Origin: an uncultured Alphaproteobacteria bacterium
GTDB lineage: Bacteria > Pseudomonadota > Alphaproteobacteria > Rhizobiales > Xanthobacteraceae
Direction of reading: 5' to 3'
Length of the DNA stretch: 64,000 nucleotides
Assembly: GCA_963784005.1 (NCBI GenBank)
Contig: CAWAPT010000015.1
Span: forward strand, 6,005-70,004
Part shown: piece by piece, positions 36,492-47,132 of the stretch
Position numbering within the stretch: the stretch's first letter is position 1
How the letters are laid out: the number at the start of each line of letters is the position of its first letter
Position numbers and translations under genes: made by a program
Notes under the pieces: model-generated
What the model was told of the DNA's origin: nothing
The model's input: the letters and a program-made list of their open reading frames with translations, nothing else
The model's database searches: none

Positions 36492-37844
36492 TTAGAATTT
36501 GATCGACGGTCCGGCCGTCACCGAGAGGTCATGCATCGAAAATGCCGCGACGTTCGACTGGTCGAAGCGATATTGCACCAAAGATCCGAGAACGAGTGCT
36601 TGCCAGATCGGGATATCGAGGCCGAGACCGACGCGCCACTCGGTCGTGTGGGTGGTATTCAGCGGATCGATTGTCGGATCGGGGGCGCCATAAATCCATC
36701 GGGTGATGCCGGCGGTCGGAATAAGCGTCCAAGGCCGGCTGTTGCCCCAAACTGAAAAATTCCACGGCAGCCAAACGTCGGCGAGGTAGCTGTTATAACT
36801 GTCGAAGGCGGCTTGGTCGCTGTCGTGGGCGTAAGCCACGCGCGCCTGCCAGGTCAATCCGGAGGCGACCGGCCCGTTAGCCTGGAGCCCATAAGTCGAC
36901 AGCGTGCCGTTCAGCCCGGTGGCGAGAGGATAGAACGTCGAATTACGAAAGCTCTGCTGGACGACTTCGACATAAGGATCGAAAGAGACATTCCTAATAT
37001 TGGCGTGCAGGGTCAATCCGCCGCCGATGCCGCCCATATAGGCCGCATCCGCCAACGTAGCGCCGGTGGCAACGACATAGGGTTTAAATGTAACCCCGCC
37101 GACGTTACCGGGCACCAGCACGAAACGCGGACCGGCGCGCAGTTCCAGCAATCCGAGATCGAATTGATGAAGGGTGAACTGTTGCGCGTCATAGCCGAGC
37201 AGCGATGCTTCGAAAGTCTCGCCGTTCGGGCTTTCAAAGTCGTGGACGTAATCCAATCCGAATGTGCCGAACCAATTCCAATCGGGTTTTGCGAAAAAGC
37301 GATTATTGAAGGCCTGACCCGAGGCCAGTGTCGTTTGCTGCCCAGGACCCTGGCTGGCATTGCTCTGGTAGCGGATGCCGGTCTGGGCGAAGCCCGAAAA
37401 CTGATCACGTTGGAGTTTTTTCTCAGCGAGTGGGAGAAGATCTTCGATCTTCTGCCGCAATTCCGGCGTCAGGTCCGGCATTTCCAGCGCGGATTGCAGG
37501 TAGCCTCGCGCCATATCATAGGAACCAAGCTCGAAATAGAGGACGCCGAGCTGGAAGCGCGTTAGCGACTGCTTTGGGTCATAGAAAAGCAGCTGCTCGT
37601 AGGCGCTGATTGCCAACTCGATATCGCCGCTCCCCGATGCGCTTAGCGCATATTGCAGGGTGTTGTTGATATCCGTCGGTCGCGTCAGGACGCCCTGGAA
37701 CAACGGATCGAGATTTGGGGCAAGGCCCGACGCGGTTTGGGCGGAGGCGGAAATAGCGGAAAGGCCAAGCAGCAGCATGGGTGCAACAGCACCCGCAACC
37801 CGCCTCCCGAATGCCCGCCTCGCATCGACTTTCAAACGCACCAC
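36492..37844 (-). CDS. outer-membrane protein: N-terminal TPR region + C-terminal beta-barrel (possibly DUF560/Slam-like)
   Basis: Signal peptide ...LGLSAISASAQ, TPR-like helices (ELAISAYEQLLFYDPKQSLTRFQLGVLYFELGSYDMARGYLQSAL), then alternating-hydrophobic strands ending in ...VTAGPSIKF (terminal Phe). Confidence 0.6.
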   Translation of the reverse strand: MVRLKVDARRAFGRRVAGAVAPMLLLGLSAISASAQTASGLAPNLDPLFQGVLTRPTDINNTLQYALSASGSGDIELAISAYEQLLFYDPKQSLTRFQLGVLYFELGSYDMARGYLQSALEMPDLTPELRQKIEDLLPLAEKKLQRDQFSGFAQTGIRYQSNASQGPGQQTTLASGQAFNNRFFAKPDWNWFGTFGLDYVHDFESPNGETFEASLLGYDAQQFTLHQFDLGLLELRAGPRFVLVPGNVGGVTFKPYVVATGATLADAAYMGGIGGGLTLHANIRNVSFDPYVEVVQQSFRNSTFYPLATGLNGTLSTYGLQANGPVASGLTWQARVAYAHDSDQAAFDSYNSYLADVWLPWNFSVWGNSRPWTLIPTAGITRWIYGAPDPTIDPLNTTHTTEWRVGLGLDIPIWQALVLGSLVQYRFDQSNVAAFSMHDLSVTAGPSIKF

Positions 37845-38005
37845 CGCTAGATTTTGCTGCCACGCCGGAACCGGCGGGGTCTTATCGATGGTAGTATCTT
37901 ACGTGCCTTTTCGCGCCTGTCGGCACGTTAATACGGTTGCCGCATAAAATCGATATCTGATTTTGGCTCGGCTTTTGGCCTTCAGCCAGGGGGCCCTTTC
38001 GGTAA

Positions 38006-38896
38006 TCAAACCCCCGATGATTGCGCGCGGACCAGATTGATGATGCCGGAGAAGTCGGTTCCGCTATGGCCTTGTTTGGCGAACTGCTCGTAGATTTCGG
38101 CGGCATGCGCGCCAATCGCATTTTTGACCTTCACCGAAGCGGCGGCTTCGCGGGCAAGCTTGAGATCTTTGAGCATCAAGGCGGCGGCGAATCCCGGCTT
38201 GTAGCCGTTATTCGCGGGGCTCGTCGGCACCGGCCCGGGCACCGGGCAGTAGCTGGTCAACGACCAGCATTGGCCTGACGACGCCGACGCCACGTCGAAC
38301 AGCGCCTGGTTCGAAAGGCCGAGTTTCTCGCCAAGCACGAAAGCCTCGCTGACCGCAATCATCGCAGCGCCGAGAATCATGTTGTTGCAGATCTTTGCCG
38401 CCTGGCCATTGCCGGGATTGCCGCAATGCACGATGCGCTTACCCATGCGTTCGAGCACCGGCTTGCCGCGCGCGAACGCCTCCGCCGAGCCGCCGACCAT
38501 GAAGGTCAGCGTTGCCGCCTTAGCGCCGCCGACGCCGCCGGAAACCGGCGCGTCGAGCGAAGCAATGCCGCGTTCGATCGCCATCGCATGCGCGGCGCGC
38601 GCGCTGGTCACGTCGATGGTCGAGCAGTCGATGAACAGCACGTCTTCCTTGGCCGCCGGCAGCGCGTCCTTCCAAACCGCCAGCACGTGTTCACCGGCCG
38701 GCAGCATGGTGACCACAACGTCGGCATTCTCGACCGCGGCTTTTGCATTCGCAGCGATCTGCACTCCGTCCACCGCGCAGGCCCCGCGCGACGCGGCTGC
38801 GAGATCGAAGCCCACGACGCGGTGGTCCGACTTGACAAGATTGGCGGCCATCGGCGCGCCCATATTGCCGAGGCCGATGAATCCGATGGTCGCCAT
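38006..38896 (-). CDS. mmsB: 3-hydroxyisobutyrate dehydrogenase
   Basis: MATIGFIGLGNMGAPMAANL Rossmann motif, plus DAPVSGGVGGA and GNGQAAKICNNM. Internal ATG 38896 was chosen. Confidence 0.9.
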   Translation of the reverse strand: MATIGFIGLGNMGAPMAANLVKSDHRVVGFDLAAASRGACAVDGVQIAANAKAAVENADVVVTMLPAGEHVLAVWKDALPAAKEDVLFIDCSTIDVTSARAAHAMAIERGIASLDAPVSGGVGGAKAATLTFMVGGSAEAFARGKPVLERMGKRIVHCGNPGNGQAAKICNNMILGAAMIAVSEAFVLGEKLGLSNQALFDVASASSGQCWSLTSYCPVPGPVPTSPANNGYKPGFAAALMLKDLKLAREAAASVKVKNAIGAHAAEIYEQFAKQGHSGTDFSGIINLVRAQSSGV

Positions 38897-38907
38897 GGGC
38901 GTTCCCC

Positions 38908-39975
38908 CTAATTCTCGAATTTCAATTCCAGCGCGCCGACCGGCTTGAAGTGTCGTGCGACGATGGCGGGCGTCACCGCCTCGATCCGGTCCGGCTGCCA
39001 GGCCGGATTGCGGTCCTTGTCGATGACGGCGGCGCGAATACCCTCGATGAAGTCGTGTTCGGCTATGCACGCCAGCGCGATACGGTAATCCTGTGCGAAA
39101 CTCTCCTCAACTCGCTTGAACGAGGCTGCCGCCCGCAAGTTTTGCAGCGTGATCTTGAGCGACGTCGGCGATGCCTTGCGCATTGTTTCAAGGGCCGAGC
39201 GGGCTTCATCCCCGGTCTCGCCGCGCAAGCGATCGATTATGTCTTCGACAATATCCGCGTCATAGCAGCGATCAATCCATGCCCGCGCCGCGGGCAACGG
39301 GCCCGGCGCGGGCATGGTAGAGAGCGCACCGAGCCGGGCTTTGACCTCATCGGCATTGCGGCAATCGGCGAGCGCCGAAGGCAGGTCGGCAAGTTTCGCC
39401 GCCGGGATATGAGTGTCGGCAAGTCCGCTATGGATCGCGTCGGCGGCGCCGATACGGCTGCCGGTAAGGGCTAGATAAGTGCCGGTATATCCGGGCGCGC
39501 GCGATAACGGAAACGATGCGCCGACATCGGGAAAAAATCCGATTCCGACTTCCGGCATGGCAACCGCCGAGCGCTCGGTGACGACGCGATGCGCCGCATG
39601 GGCCGACAGGCCGACCCCGCCGCCCATCACCAGCCCGTCCATGACCGCGATGACCGGCTTTCGATAGCGTGCGATCAGGACATTGAGCTTGTATTCGGTG
39701 GCCCAGAATTGCGCGGGAAGAGGACCACCGGATTTCGCCGCGTCGTAGAGTGCGCGGATATCGCCGCCGGCGCAGAAGGCCCGCTCGCCCGCGCCGTCGA
39801 GCAGCACAGCGCCGACAGCAGGGTCGGTTGCCCATGCCCGCAACATGGCTGTCATAGTGACGGCCATATCGAGCGTGACGGCGTTCAACGCTTTCGGCCG
39901 GTTCAGTGTGACGTGCCGCAGCGCGCCACATTCGTGAACCAAAACGCCGCCGTCTTCAACAGCCGCTCCGGTCAT
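38908..39975 (-). CDS. enoyl-CoA hydratase/isomerase family, 3-hydroxyisobutyryl-CoA hydrolase type
   Basis: RPKALNAVTL, FCAGGDIRAL, MDGLVMGGGVGLS and PEVGIGFFPDVG, about 355 aa with the HIBCH-type C-terminal extension. Confidence 0.85.
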   Translation of the reverse strand: MTGAAVEDGGVLVHECGALRHVTLNRPKALNAVTLDMAVTMTAMLRAWATDPAVGAVLLDGAGERAFCAGGDIRALYDAAKSGGPLPAQFWATEYKLNVLIARYRKPVIAVMDGLVMGGGVGLSAHAAHRVVTERSAVAMPEVGIGFFPDVGASFPLSRAPGYTGTYLALTGSRIGAADAIHSGLADTHIPAAKLADLPSALADCRNADEVKARLGALSTMPAPGPLPAARAWIDRCYDADIVEDIIDRLRGETGDEARSALETMRKASPTSLKITLQNLRAAASFKRVEESFAQDYRIALACIAEHDFIEGIRAAVIDKDRNPAWQPDRIEAVTPAIVARHFKPVGALELKFEN

Positions 39976-41138
39976 CGCCCGACAAGGCTTCTTGCCACGA
40001 CGAGGCGCATGATTTCATTTGTGCCTTCGAGAATCTGGTGCACGCGCAAATCGCGCACGATCTTCTCGATGCCGTATTCCGCCAGATAGCCGTAGCCGCC
40101 GTGCAGTTGCAGGGCTTGATTGGCGACGTTGAAGCAAGTGTCGGTGACAAAGCGCTTGGCCATGGCCGATAGTTGTGTCGCATTGGCGTCCTTGCGGTCG
40201 AATGCGGCGGCGGCGTGCCATAGCAAGGCGCGCGAGGCTTCAAGCTCGGTTGCCATATCGGCGAGGCGGAATTGCAGCGCCTGGAATTCGTCGAGACGCT
40301 TGCCGAAGGCCTTGCGCTCTTTCATGTAGGCGAGCGTTTTTTCGAACGCCGCCTGGGCGCCGCCCAGCGAACAAGCCGAGATATTGAGCCGGCCGCCGTC
40401 GAGCCCGGCCATCGCGATCTTAAAACCCATACCCTCGTCGCCGAGCCGGTTGGCGGCCGGCACGCGCACATCCTGGAAAATCACGGCGCGCGTCGGTTGG
40501 GCGTTCCAACCCATCTTGCGCTCGTTAGCGCCATAGGAAAGGCCGGCCGTCTCGCCCGGCACGATGAAGGCGGAAATGCCGGATGGTCCGGCGCCGCCGC
40601 TTCGCGCCATGACCACATAGAGGTCGCCCGCACCGGCGCCGGAAATGAACTGCTTCTGTCCGTTGAGCACATAATGATCGCCGCCGCGCACGGCGCGCGT
40701 CGCCAGGGCCGCGGCATCCGATCCCGCGCCGGGCTCGGTCAGGCAGTAGCTCGCCAAAAGCTCCATGGTGCAGAGTTTTGGCAGCCATTGCTGGCGCTGC
40801 TCGTCCGAGCCAAAGGCGTCGATCAGCGATGCAGTCATATTGTGGATCGACATATAGGCAGCGACCGTCGGGCAGCCGGTTGCCAACGCCTCGAAGATCA
40901 GCGCTGCGGTCAGCCGCGACAGGCCCGATCCACCGGCATCTTCGGAAACGGATATGCCGCCCATGCCGAGTGTGGCGGCCTTGCGCATCTCAAGCACCGG
41001 AAAATGCTTGGCCTCGTCCCAGGCCACGGCATTAGGTGCAAAAACCGCGTCGGCGAAGCTACGCGCCATGTCGCGAGCCGCAATTTGATCCGCGTCGAGC
41101 GCGAACTGCGACATTGGGCGTGCGGGTTGATCGAGCAT
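39972..41138 (-). CDS. acyl-CoA dehydrogenase (isobutyryl-CoA dehydrogenase-like by context)
   Basis: CLTEPGAGSDAA, KQFISGAG and YGYLAEYGIEKIVRDLRVHQILEGTNEIM. The start is either 41138 or 41114. Confidence 0.88.
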   Translation of the reverse strand: MLDQPARPMSQFALDADQIAARDMARSFADAVFAPNAVAWDEAKHFPVLEMRKAATLGMGGISVSEDAGGSGLSRLTAALIFEALATGCPTVAAYMSIHNMTASLIDAFGSDEQRQQWLPKLCTMELLASYCLTEPGAGSDAAALATRAVRGGDHYVLNGQKQFISGAGAGDLYVVMARSGGAGPSGISAFIVPGETAGLSYGANERKMGWNAQPTRAVIFQDVRVPAANRLGDEGMGFKIAMAGLDGGRLNISACSLGGAQAAFEKTLAYMKERKAFGKRLDEFQALQFRLADMATELEASRALLWHAAAAFDRKDANATQLSAMAKRFVTDTCFNVANQALQLHGGYGYLAEYGIEKIVRDLRVHQILEGTNEIMRLVVARSLVGR

Positions 41139-41225
41139 AAGGACGTTTCCGGTGTGTTTGTTGCGGTCGCGCAATAGGCTAAAGATTAGGCCGTCCCACC
41201 GTCCCCCGCAACGAGAGCCGCCGGC

Positions 41226-42437
41226 ATGGATTTCACCCTTTCGCCCGAGATCGAGGATTTGCGCCGGCGCACGCGCGCCTTCATCGAGGAGCATGTGCTG
41301 CCGCTCGAGGCCGATCCGCTGAATTTTTCCGAGCATGAGAACATCCCGCTGCCGCGTCTTGCCCCGGTGCAGGAGAAAGCGCGGCAAGCCGGGTTATGGG
41401 CGCCGCAATCGCCCAAGGAATTCGGCGGCATGGCGCTGCCGATCGTCGCCTGGGCGGCGATCTACGAAGAAGCCGCGCGCTCGCTGTTCGGCGCGCTGGC
41501 TTTGAACTGCCAAGCGCCCGACGACGGCAATATGAACCTGCTCGCGCGCATCGGCACGCCGGCGCAGAAGGAATGGTGGCTGCGCCCGATCGTCGATGGC
41601 AAGGTGAAATCGGCCTTCGCCATGACCGAGCCGGCGCCCGGCGGCGGCTCCGATCCCGACATGATCCGCACTCACGCAGAAAAGAAAAACGGCAAATGGG
41701 CGATCCGGGGCCGCAAATGGTTCATCACCGGCGCTGGCGAAGCGGCGAATTTCATCGTCGTCGCGCGCACCTCCGATGACAAGCGCCGCGGGCTCACCGC
41801 ATTCCTCTATCACCGTGACCAGCCGGGGTGGCGCATCGTGCGGCGCATCCCGATCATGGGGCCGGAGGAGCATGGCGGCCATTGCGAGCTCGAATTCGAC
41901 GGCCTCGAAGTTACCGATGACAATGTGCTGCTCGGCGTCGGCGACGGGCTGAAAGTCACGCAGATCAGGCTCGGTCCGGCGCGTCTGACCCATTGCATGC
42001 GCTGGCTCGGACTTGCCAAGCGCTGCATGGAGATCGCGCAGGATTACGTCAACAACCGCGAGGGCTTTGGGGTAAAACTCGCCGACCGCGAAAGCGTGCA
42101 AATAAAACTCGGCCAGGTGGCGCAGCAGATCCAAATCGGCCGTCTCCTCACCATGCACGCCGCGTGGAAGCTCGATCGCGGCGATCGCGCGCGCAAGGAA
42201 GTCTCGATGGCGAAAGTGCACGTCGCCGATACGCTGCACAATGCCTGCGATACCGCGATCCAGCTCAACGGCGCCCGCGGCTATTCCAAGGACACGATCC
42301 TGGAATGGATCTATCGCGCGGCGCGCGCCGCCCGGCTCGTCGACGGCGCGTCGGAGGTGCACAATATGGTGCTGGCGCGTTTCCTGCGCGAGGAAGGCCG
42401 CGATTTCTGGACCTGGAGCGCGGGCAACAGGGTGTGA
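41226..42437 (+). CDS. acyl-CoA dehydrogenase family protein
   Basis: 403 aa with AMTEPAPGGGSDP, KWFITGAG and a C-terminal LVDGASEVHNMVLAR. Confidence 0.87.
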   Translation: MDFTLSPEIEDLRRRTRAFIEEHVLPLEADPLNFSEHENIPLPRLAPVQEKARQAGLWAPQSPKEFGGMALPIVAWAAIYEEAARSLFGALALNCQAPDDGNMNLLARIGTPAQKEWWLRPIVDGKVKSAFAMTEPAPGGGSDPDMIRTHAEKKNGKWAIRGRKWFITGAGEAANFIVVARTSDDKRRGLTAFLYHRDQPGWRIVRRIPIMGPEEHGGHCELEFDGLEVTDDNVLLGVGDGLKVTQIRLGPARLTHCMRWLGLAKRCMEIAQDYVNNREGFGVKLADRESVQIKLGQVAQQIQIGRLLTMHAAWKLDRGDRARKEVSMAKVHVADTLHNACDTAIQLNGARGYSKDTILEWIYRAARAARLVDGASEVHNMVLARFLREEGRDFWTWSAGNRV

Positions 42438-42720
42438 GCGATAGCGTAACGCCGCTTAAGGGTTACTACGGATTCCGGCGATGGCCGACATGAGTAGACC
42501 CACCGGCGGCGAAGACGCCGGCAGCGGCAAGGTTTGCCGTGTTGTCAGGCCCCGAACCAGTCGGGGTGCTGGGTAAGCGCCACAACGCTACAGGCGAATA
42601 CCAGCACACAAATGGTCCATAACAGCAGGGCCAAATACCTGTCGTCGGTCATGACCGCAGCGATGCAATCCGCGTGCCAAATTCAGCTCGGATACTCTCC
42701 CCGTCTGCTCGGGGAGCAAC

Positions 42721-43486
42721 TCAGTTCCGCCAATTCGGATCGATCTTGTCGAGCATGCGCAAATAGGCCGGCCAATCGGCCGAGCCGCGGCCGGAATCGT
42801 GATGCTGGTATTGGATGCGCGGTCTTTTCGCAGATCGCCGCCGGAATCTCGACCAGCTCGCCGCCGGTCGCTTCCATCGTGAGCTGGATGTCGGCGGCCT
42901 CGAGCAAAGATTTCATCAGCACGAACGCTTCGCGCATGGTTTTGCCGACCGTCAGCAGCCCGTGATTGCGCAAGATCAGCGCGCGGTTGTTTCCGAGCGC
43001 TTTGTTGATGCGGGCGCGCTCGCCGAAATCCTCGGTGATGCCTTCGTAATCGTGATAGCCGACGCGATCGTAGAAGCGGATCGCGGCTTGCGAGACCATG
43101 CGCAAGCCGTGTTTCAATCCGCCGATCGCCATGCCGGTTTCGGTGTGCACGTGAACGGCGCAATTGACGTCGGGCCGCGCCGACAGCACGCCGCCGTGCA
43201 GCGTGAAGCCTGGCCGATTGACGCCCGCAAATTCGTCGAGATCGTCGTCCATGCTGACCTTGACGAGGTTCGACGGCGTCACTTCGGTGTAGAGGAGCTC
43301 GTGGCGTTTGATGAGGAATTTGCGCTCCTCGCCGGGCACGCGCATGGAGGAATGATTGTAGATGACGTCGCCCCAGCCGTAATGCGCGATCAGCCGGTAG
43401 GTCGCGGCGAGATCGATGCGGGCCTGCCATTCCGCCGGCGAGATGTCTGCTTGGTTGATGGCGGCGAGCTTAACGTGCGGGTTCAT
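42721..43486 (-). pseudogene. class II aldolase/adducin-family protein, one frameshift near 42815 (2 nt missing in a GC-repeat)
   Basis: ...HVHTETGMAIGG...LRNHGLLTVGKT. After ...ICEKTA the conserved tail RIQYQHHDSGRGSADWPAYLRMLDKIDPNWRN* continues in another frame. GCGCGC read as GCGC would explain it. Confidence 0.8.
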
Positions 43487-43790
43487 GGGTCTTGACCTGT
43501 GTGAAATTAGCATGAACCGGTCTCCGCATGCCGATGGCCGGAAGCTGCTAGCATGCGTTCGACGCATGTAACACCGCCCTTCTGATCGGATCGCCGCGGC
43601 GAGGCATGTTGGTTCGGCGCCACTACTCTATGCTTTCGGCATATCCGCTATCTGCGCGATCGATTTCGTCACCATCGATTTTAACCGTTTGCTTTCCATG
43701 TTTGGATCGAGATCCCCGCGGCAATAAAGAAGTCGAAACATTGATGCGCTAGATTGCGTCCAAGGTATCGACCGAAATGCATGGCCGCCC

Positions 43791-46097
43791 ATGAAATTAC
43801 ATCTGCTGCAGCTGCCAAAACTGATCGCGGAGCGCCGCAGCTCCGCGATTTTGGGCGTCGTCATCATCGTCATGCTGTGGGGTGGCGTCTTTCTGAAATA
43901 CTCCCAGGATGTCGAACAGCGATCTGAAGGACGCCGAGCGCACCAGTCAAAGCTTCGCGATGGTCTTCGAAGAAAACGTTCTTCGATCGATCGACGAACT
44001 CGACAACATGTTGTTTTATCTGCGGCGCAATATCGAGGCTCGAAAGGCCACGACGGACTACAACACAATCCTGCACACCACGGATATTCCGAGCGACATC
44101 CTCGTCCAGGTCTCGATCATCGATGCGCAGGGTATCATGCGCGCTTCGACCGCGGGGCCGCAACCGGCTCCGCCCATGGATCTGAGCGATCGCGAACATT
44201 TCAAGGCGCAACTGGACAGCAACGAGGACCGGCTGTTCATCAGCAAGCCGTTGATCGGCCGCGTCAGCGGCAAATGGTCGGTGCAGTTGTCGCGGCGATT
44301 CTTCAATGCCGACGGCACATTCGGCGGCGTCGTCGTCGCCTCGCTCGACCCCGAGCATTTCACGAGATTCTATAACAAGGTCGACTTGGCTTCCTCCGGG
44401 TCGATCTCATTGATCGGCGACGACGGCGTGGTTCGTTCGGCCGGCGGTCAGTCCGGCAATTTGAGGATGGGCCAGGACATCCGCGGCACCGAATTGTTCG
44501 ACCGGATGCAAGCCGGCTTCAATAGCGACTTTGAAGAGCCCGATATGCTCGACCGGACAAACACGGCTGATCGCGCTGCGCAAGGTCAAAGGTCAGCCGC
44601 TCTGGGTGAGCGTCAGTCTCGACAAGAACGAGGTGCTTGGCCGGCTCATAGGCCGATCTGCGCAATGGACTGCATCGCGCGTCGCATTGCTGACCCTGGT
44701 CATTCTCGCGGCGATGGAACTGATATTCCGGACCGAGGCCGGGGCACGGCAAAGTCCAAGGAGCTCGAACTGGCGCTCGAAACCATGGCCCGATTGGCTT
44801 CCGAAGATTCGCTGACCGGTCTGTTAAACCGCCGCGGCTTTCGTTCCGCGCTGGCCGAGATTGAAGGTCAGCACGCTGCCGTGAAGCGAACCACAGATCA
44901 GGTCGAATACGCAGTCTTGTTTCTTGACCTCGATCGCTTCAAGATCATCAACGACACGCTGGGCCATCGGATCGGCGATCTTCTGCTGCAGGAGACGGCG
45001 CAGCGGCTGCGGGCTGCGCTGCGCTCGACCGACTGTATTGGCGCGGCTCGGCGGCGACGAGTTCGCCGTCATTGCGCGCTACGTCAAAACGCGCTCCGCG
45101 CTCGATGATCTCGCGAAGTGTCTCATCAAGGCGATCCGCGAGCCGTTCGAACTCAGCGGCTATCGCGTCCGCACGACGATCAGCATCGGCATTGCCGTCA
45201 GCCCGACGGACGGCGAGAACGCCGACGATCTGGTCGTGGCCGCGGATCTCGCGCTCTACGCCGCCAAAGAGCGCAATCGCGACGGCTATCAGTTCTACGA
45301 AGTCCTCGATGACCAAGGAGCTGACCGATCGGCGGCAGATCGAAGTCGATCTGCGCGAGGCGATCGAGCACAACGAGCTCGAATTATACTATCAGCCAAT
45401 CGTCAGTCTGGAAGACAGTAAGGTCACCGGTTTCGAGGCGCTTGCCCGGTGGAATCATCGGACTAAGGGCTTCGTGCCGCCGTCGGATTTCATTCCGGTC
45501 GCGGAAGATACCGGAATGATGACGCGGCTCGGCGAGTGGGCGCTGATCGAAGCTTGCGGCAAGATCGCGCAGCTCCCGGGCGATTTGAACCTCGCGGTCA
45601 ATCTCTCGCCCGTGCAGTTTTCGGCGCCCGATCTCGTCGAGATCGTGCAACGCGCTCTGGTCATGAGCGGATTGGCCGCGCATCGGCTCGAGCTTGAAAT
45701 CACCGAGCGGCTGCTTCTGGAGAATAATGAGCAGACCATATCCATGTTGCGCCGGTTGCGGCAACTCGGCGTCCGCATCGCGCTCGACGATTTCGGTACC
45801 GGCTACTCCGCGCTTGAGCTATCTTCGAAAGTTTCCGCTGGACAAGATCAAAATCGACCGCAGCTTCGTCACCGACATCGCCACGCGAAGCGACCAGGTC
45901 GCCATCATCCAGGCGGTACTCAGCATCGCCCGCGCGCTCGGCATGACGGTGACGGCCGAAGGCGTCGAAACGGCGATTCAGAAGGATTTTCTCAAGGCGC
46001 TCGGCTGCGACAATGCGCAGGGTTATCTGTTTGGCAAGCCCGTTCCCTTCGAAGAGATCGTCGAAATCGTCGCCCGGCCGGCGAACGTAAAAGCTGA
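43791..46097 (+). pseudogene. membrane sensor diguanylate cyclase/phosphodiesterase (Cache-like periplasmic domain + GGDEF + EAL), at least 6 frameshifts
   Basis: TM SSAILGVVIIVMLWGGVFL, a Cache-like segment, a second TM, DSLTGLLNRRGF, ARLGGDEFAV, ELELYYQPIV, DDFGTGYS and KIKIDRSFV are spread over all three frames. The 3' end is uncertain (46097 or 46194). Confidence 0.8.
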
Positions 46098-46188
46098 TGG
46101 CGGCGTGAACGTCCGTTCGCACTCGTGCGCTGATCGCGGCCTCGTGGATTTACGGCGTTTCGTGCGACCAGTGGCGTCCGCGGGACCT

Positions 46189-47112
46189 TCATGACCGCCG
46201 GCGCCGCCGTTTCGCGATGGGCTTCCTGATAGAGCAAGAATAGCCCCGAAGCGACGACGATGCCCGATCCGACGAGCAGACTGATCGTCGGCACGTCGCC
46301 CCAGACGAAGAATCCAATGAACAGCGTCCAAACCAACAGGAAATAATAAAACGGCGACACCGCCGTGGCCGGCGCCGCATGCAGCGCCTTCGTCCATAGA
46401 TATTGCGCCGCGGCGTTGGCGACGCCGCTCAAGACGAGAAGCCCGGCGTGCTGCGGCGTCGGCCAGCGAAATCCGAAGACGAGCAGAAACGGAGTGCAAT
46501 ACGGCGAGCGTCACCATCTGCCACATCAATAGCGTGTTGGCCGACTTCGTCTTGCTCATGCCGCGCACCGCCACGGTGACGCTGCCATACATGACGGCAT
46601 TGGCGAGCGCGAACAACGCTCCGAGCTGAAATGAATCGGCGCCCGGCTTGACCACGATGAGGACGCCGACAAATCCGCGAGCAGAGTGCCCCAGCGCGCC
46701 GCTCCGGCGCGCTCCTTCAGCCAGAGCACGGAGATCAGTCCGGAAAACAGCGGCGCCGAGAAATTGATCGCGATGGCGCCGGCAAGCGGCATCATGCTGA
46801 AGGCAATGACCGTGAACGTCTGCGAGACCGCTTGCGACAGCCCCGGGCAAGGTGATCGCGCAGCCCGTTTGGTGGCAAACACCGACAAGCCGGTCACCGG
46901 AAGCATGAAGGCCGAGCAGACGATCAGCGACGATCAGCGAACGGGAGAACATGACCTCGCCGACCGGATAAATCGCGACCACCCATTTGCTCAACGCGTT
47001 CGATATCGCAAACATGACCGTCGCGCCGATCATGAACATGATCCCGCGCACGACGTGGTTGTCCCGTGCCGCGCCGGTTTCCTCGATCGCGGCTGCGCTC
47101 GGCCGATGACAT
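46189..47112 (-). pseudogene. EamA/DMT-family transporter, at least 3 frameshifts
   Basis: Fragments RGIMFMIGATVMFAISNALSKW, AFSMMPLAGAIAINFSAPLFSGLISVLWLKER and AAQYLWTKALHAAPATAVSPFYYFLLVWTLFIGFFVWGDVP lie in different frames. Boundaries are approximate. Confidence 0.7.
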
Positions 47113-47132
47113 CGCTCAATTCGGCTCCCTCG

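Noticed and set aside
42545-42652. 35-aa hydrophobic ORF (MTDDRYLALLLWTICVLVFACSVVALTQHPDWFGA) in the 283-bp gap between the second acyl-CoA dehydrogenase and the aldolase.
   Set aside because: It has no convincing Shine-Dalgarno, I have no way to test conservation here, and short hydrophobic ORFs arise easily by chance. It is too weak to call.
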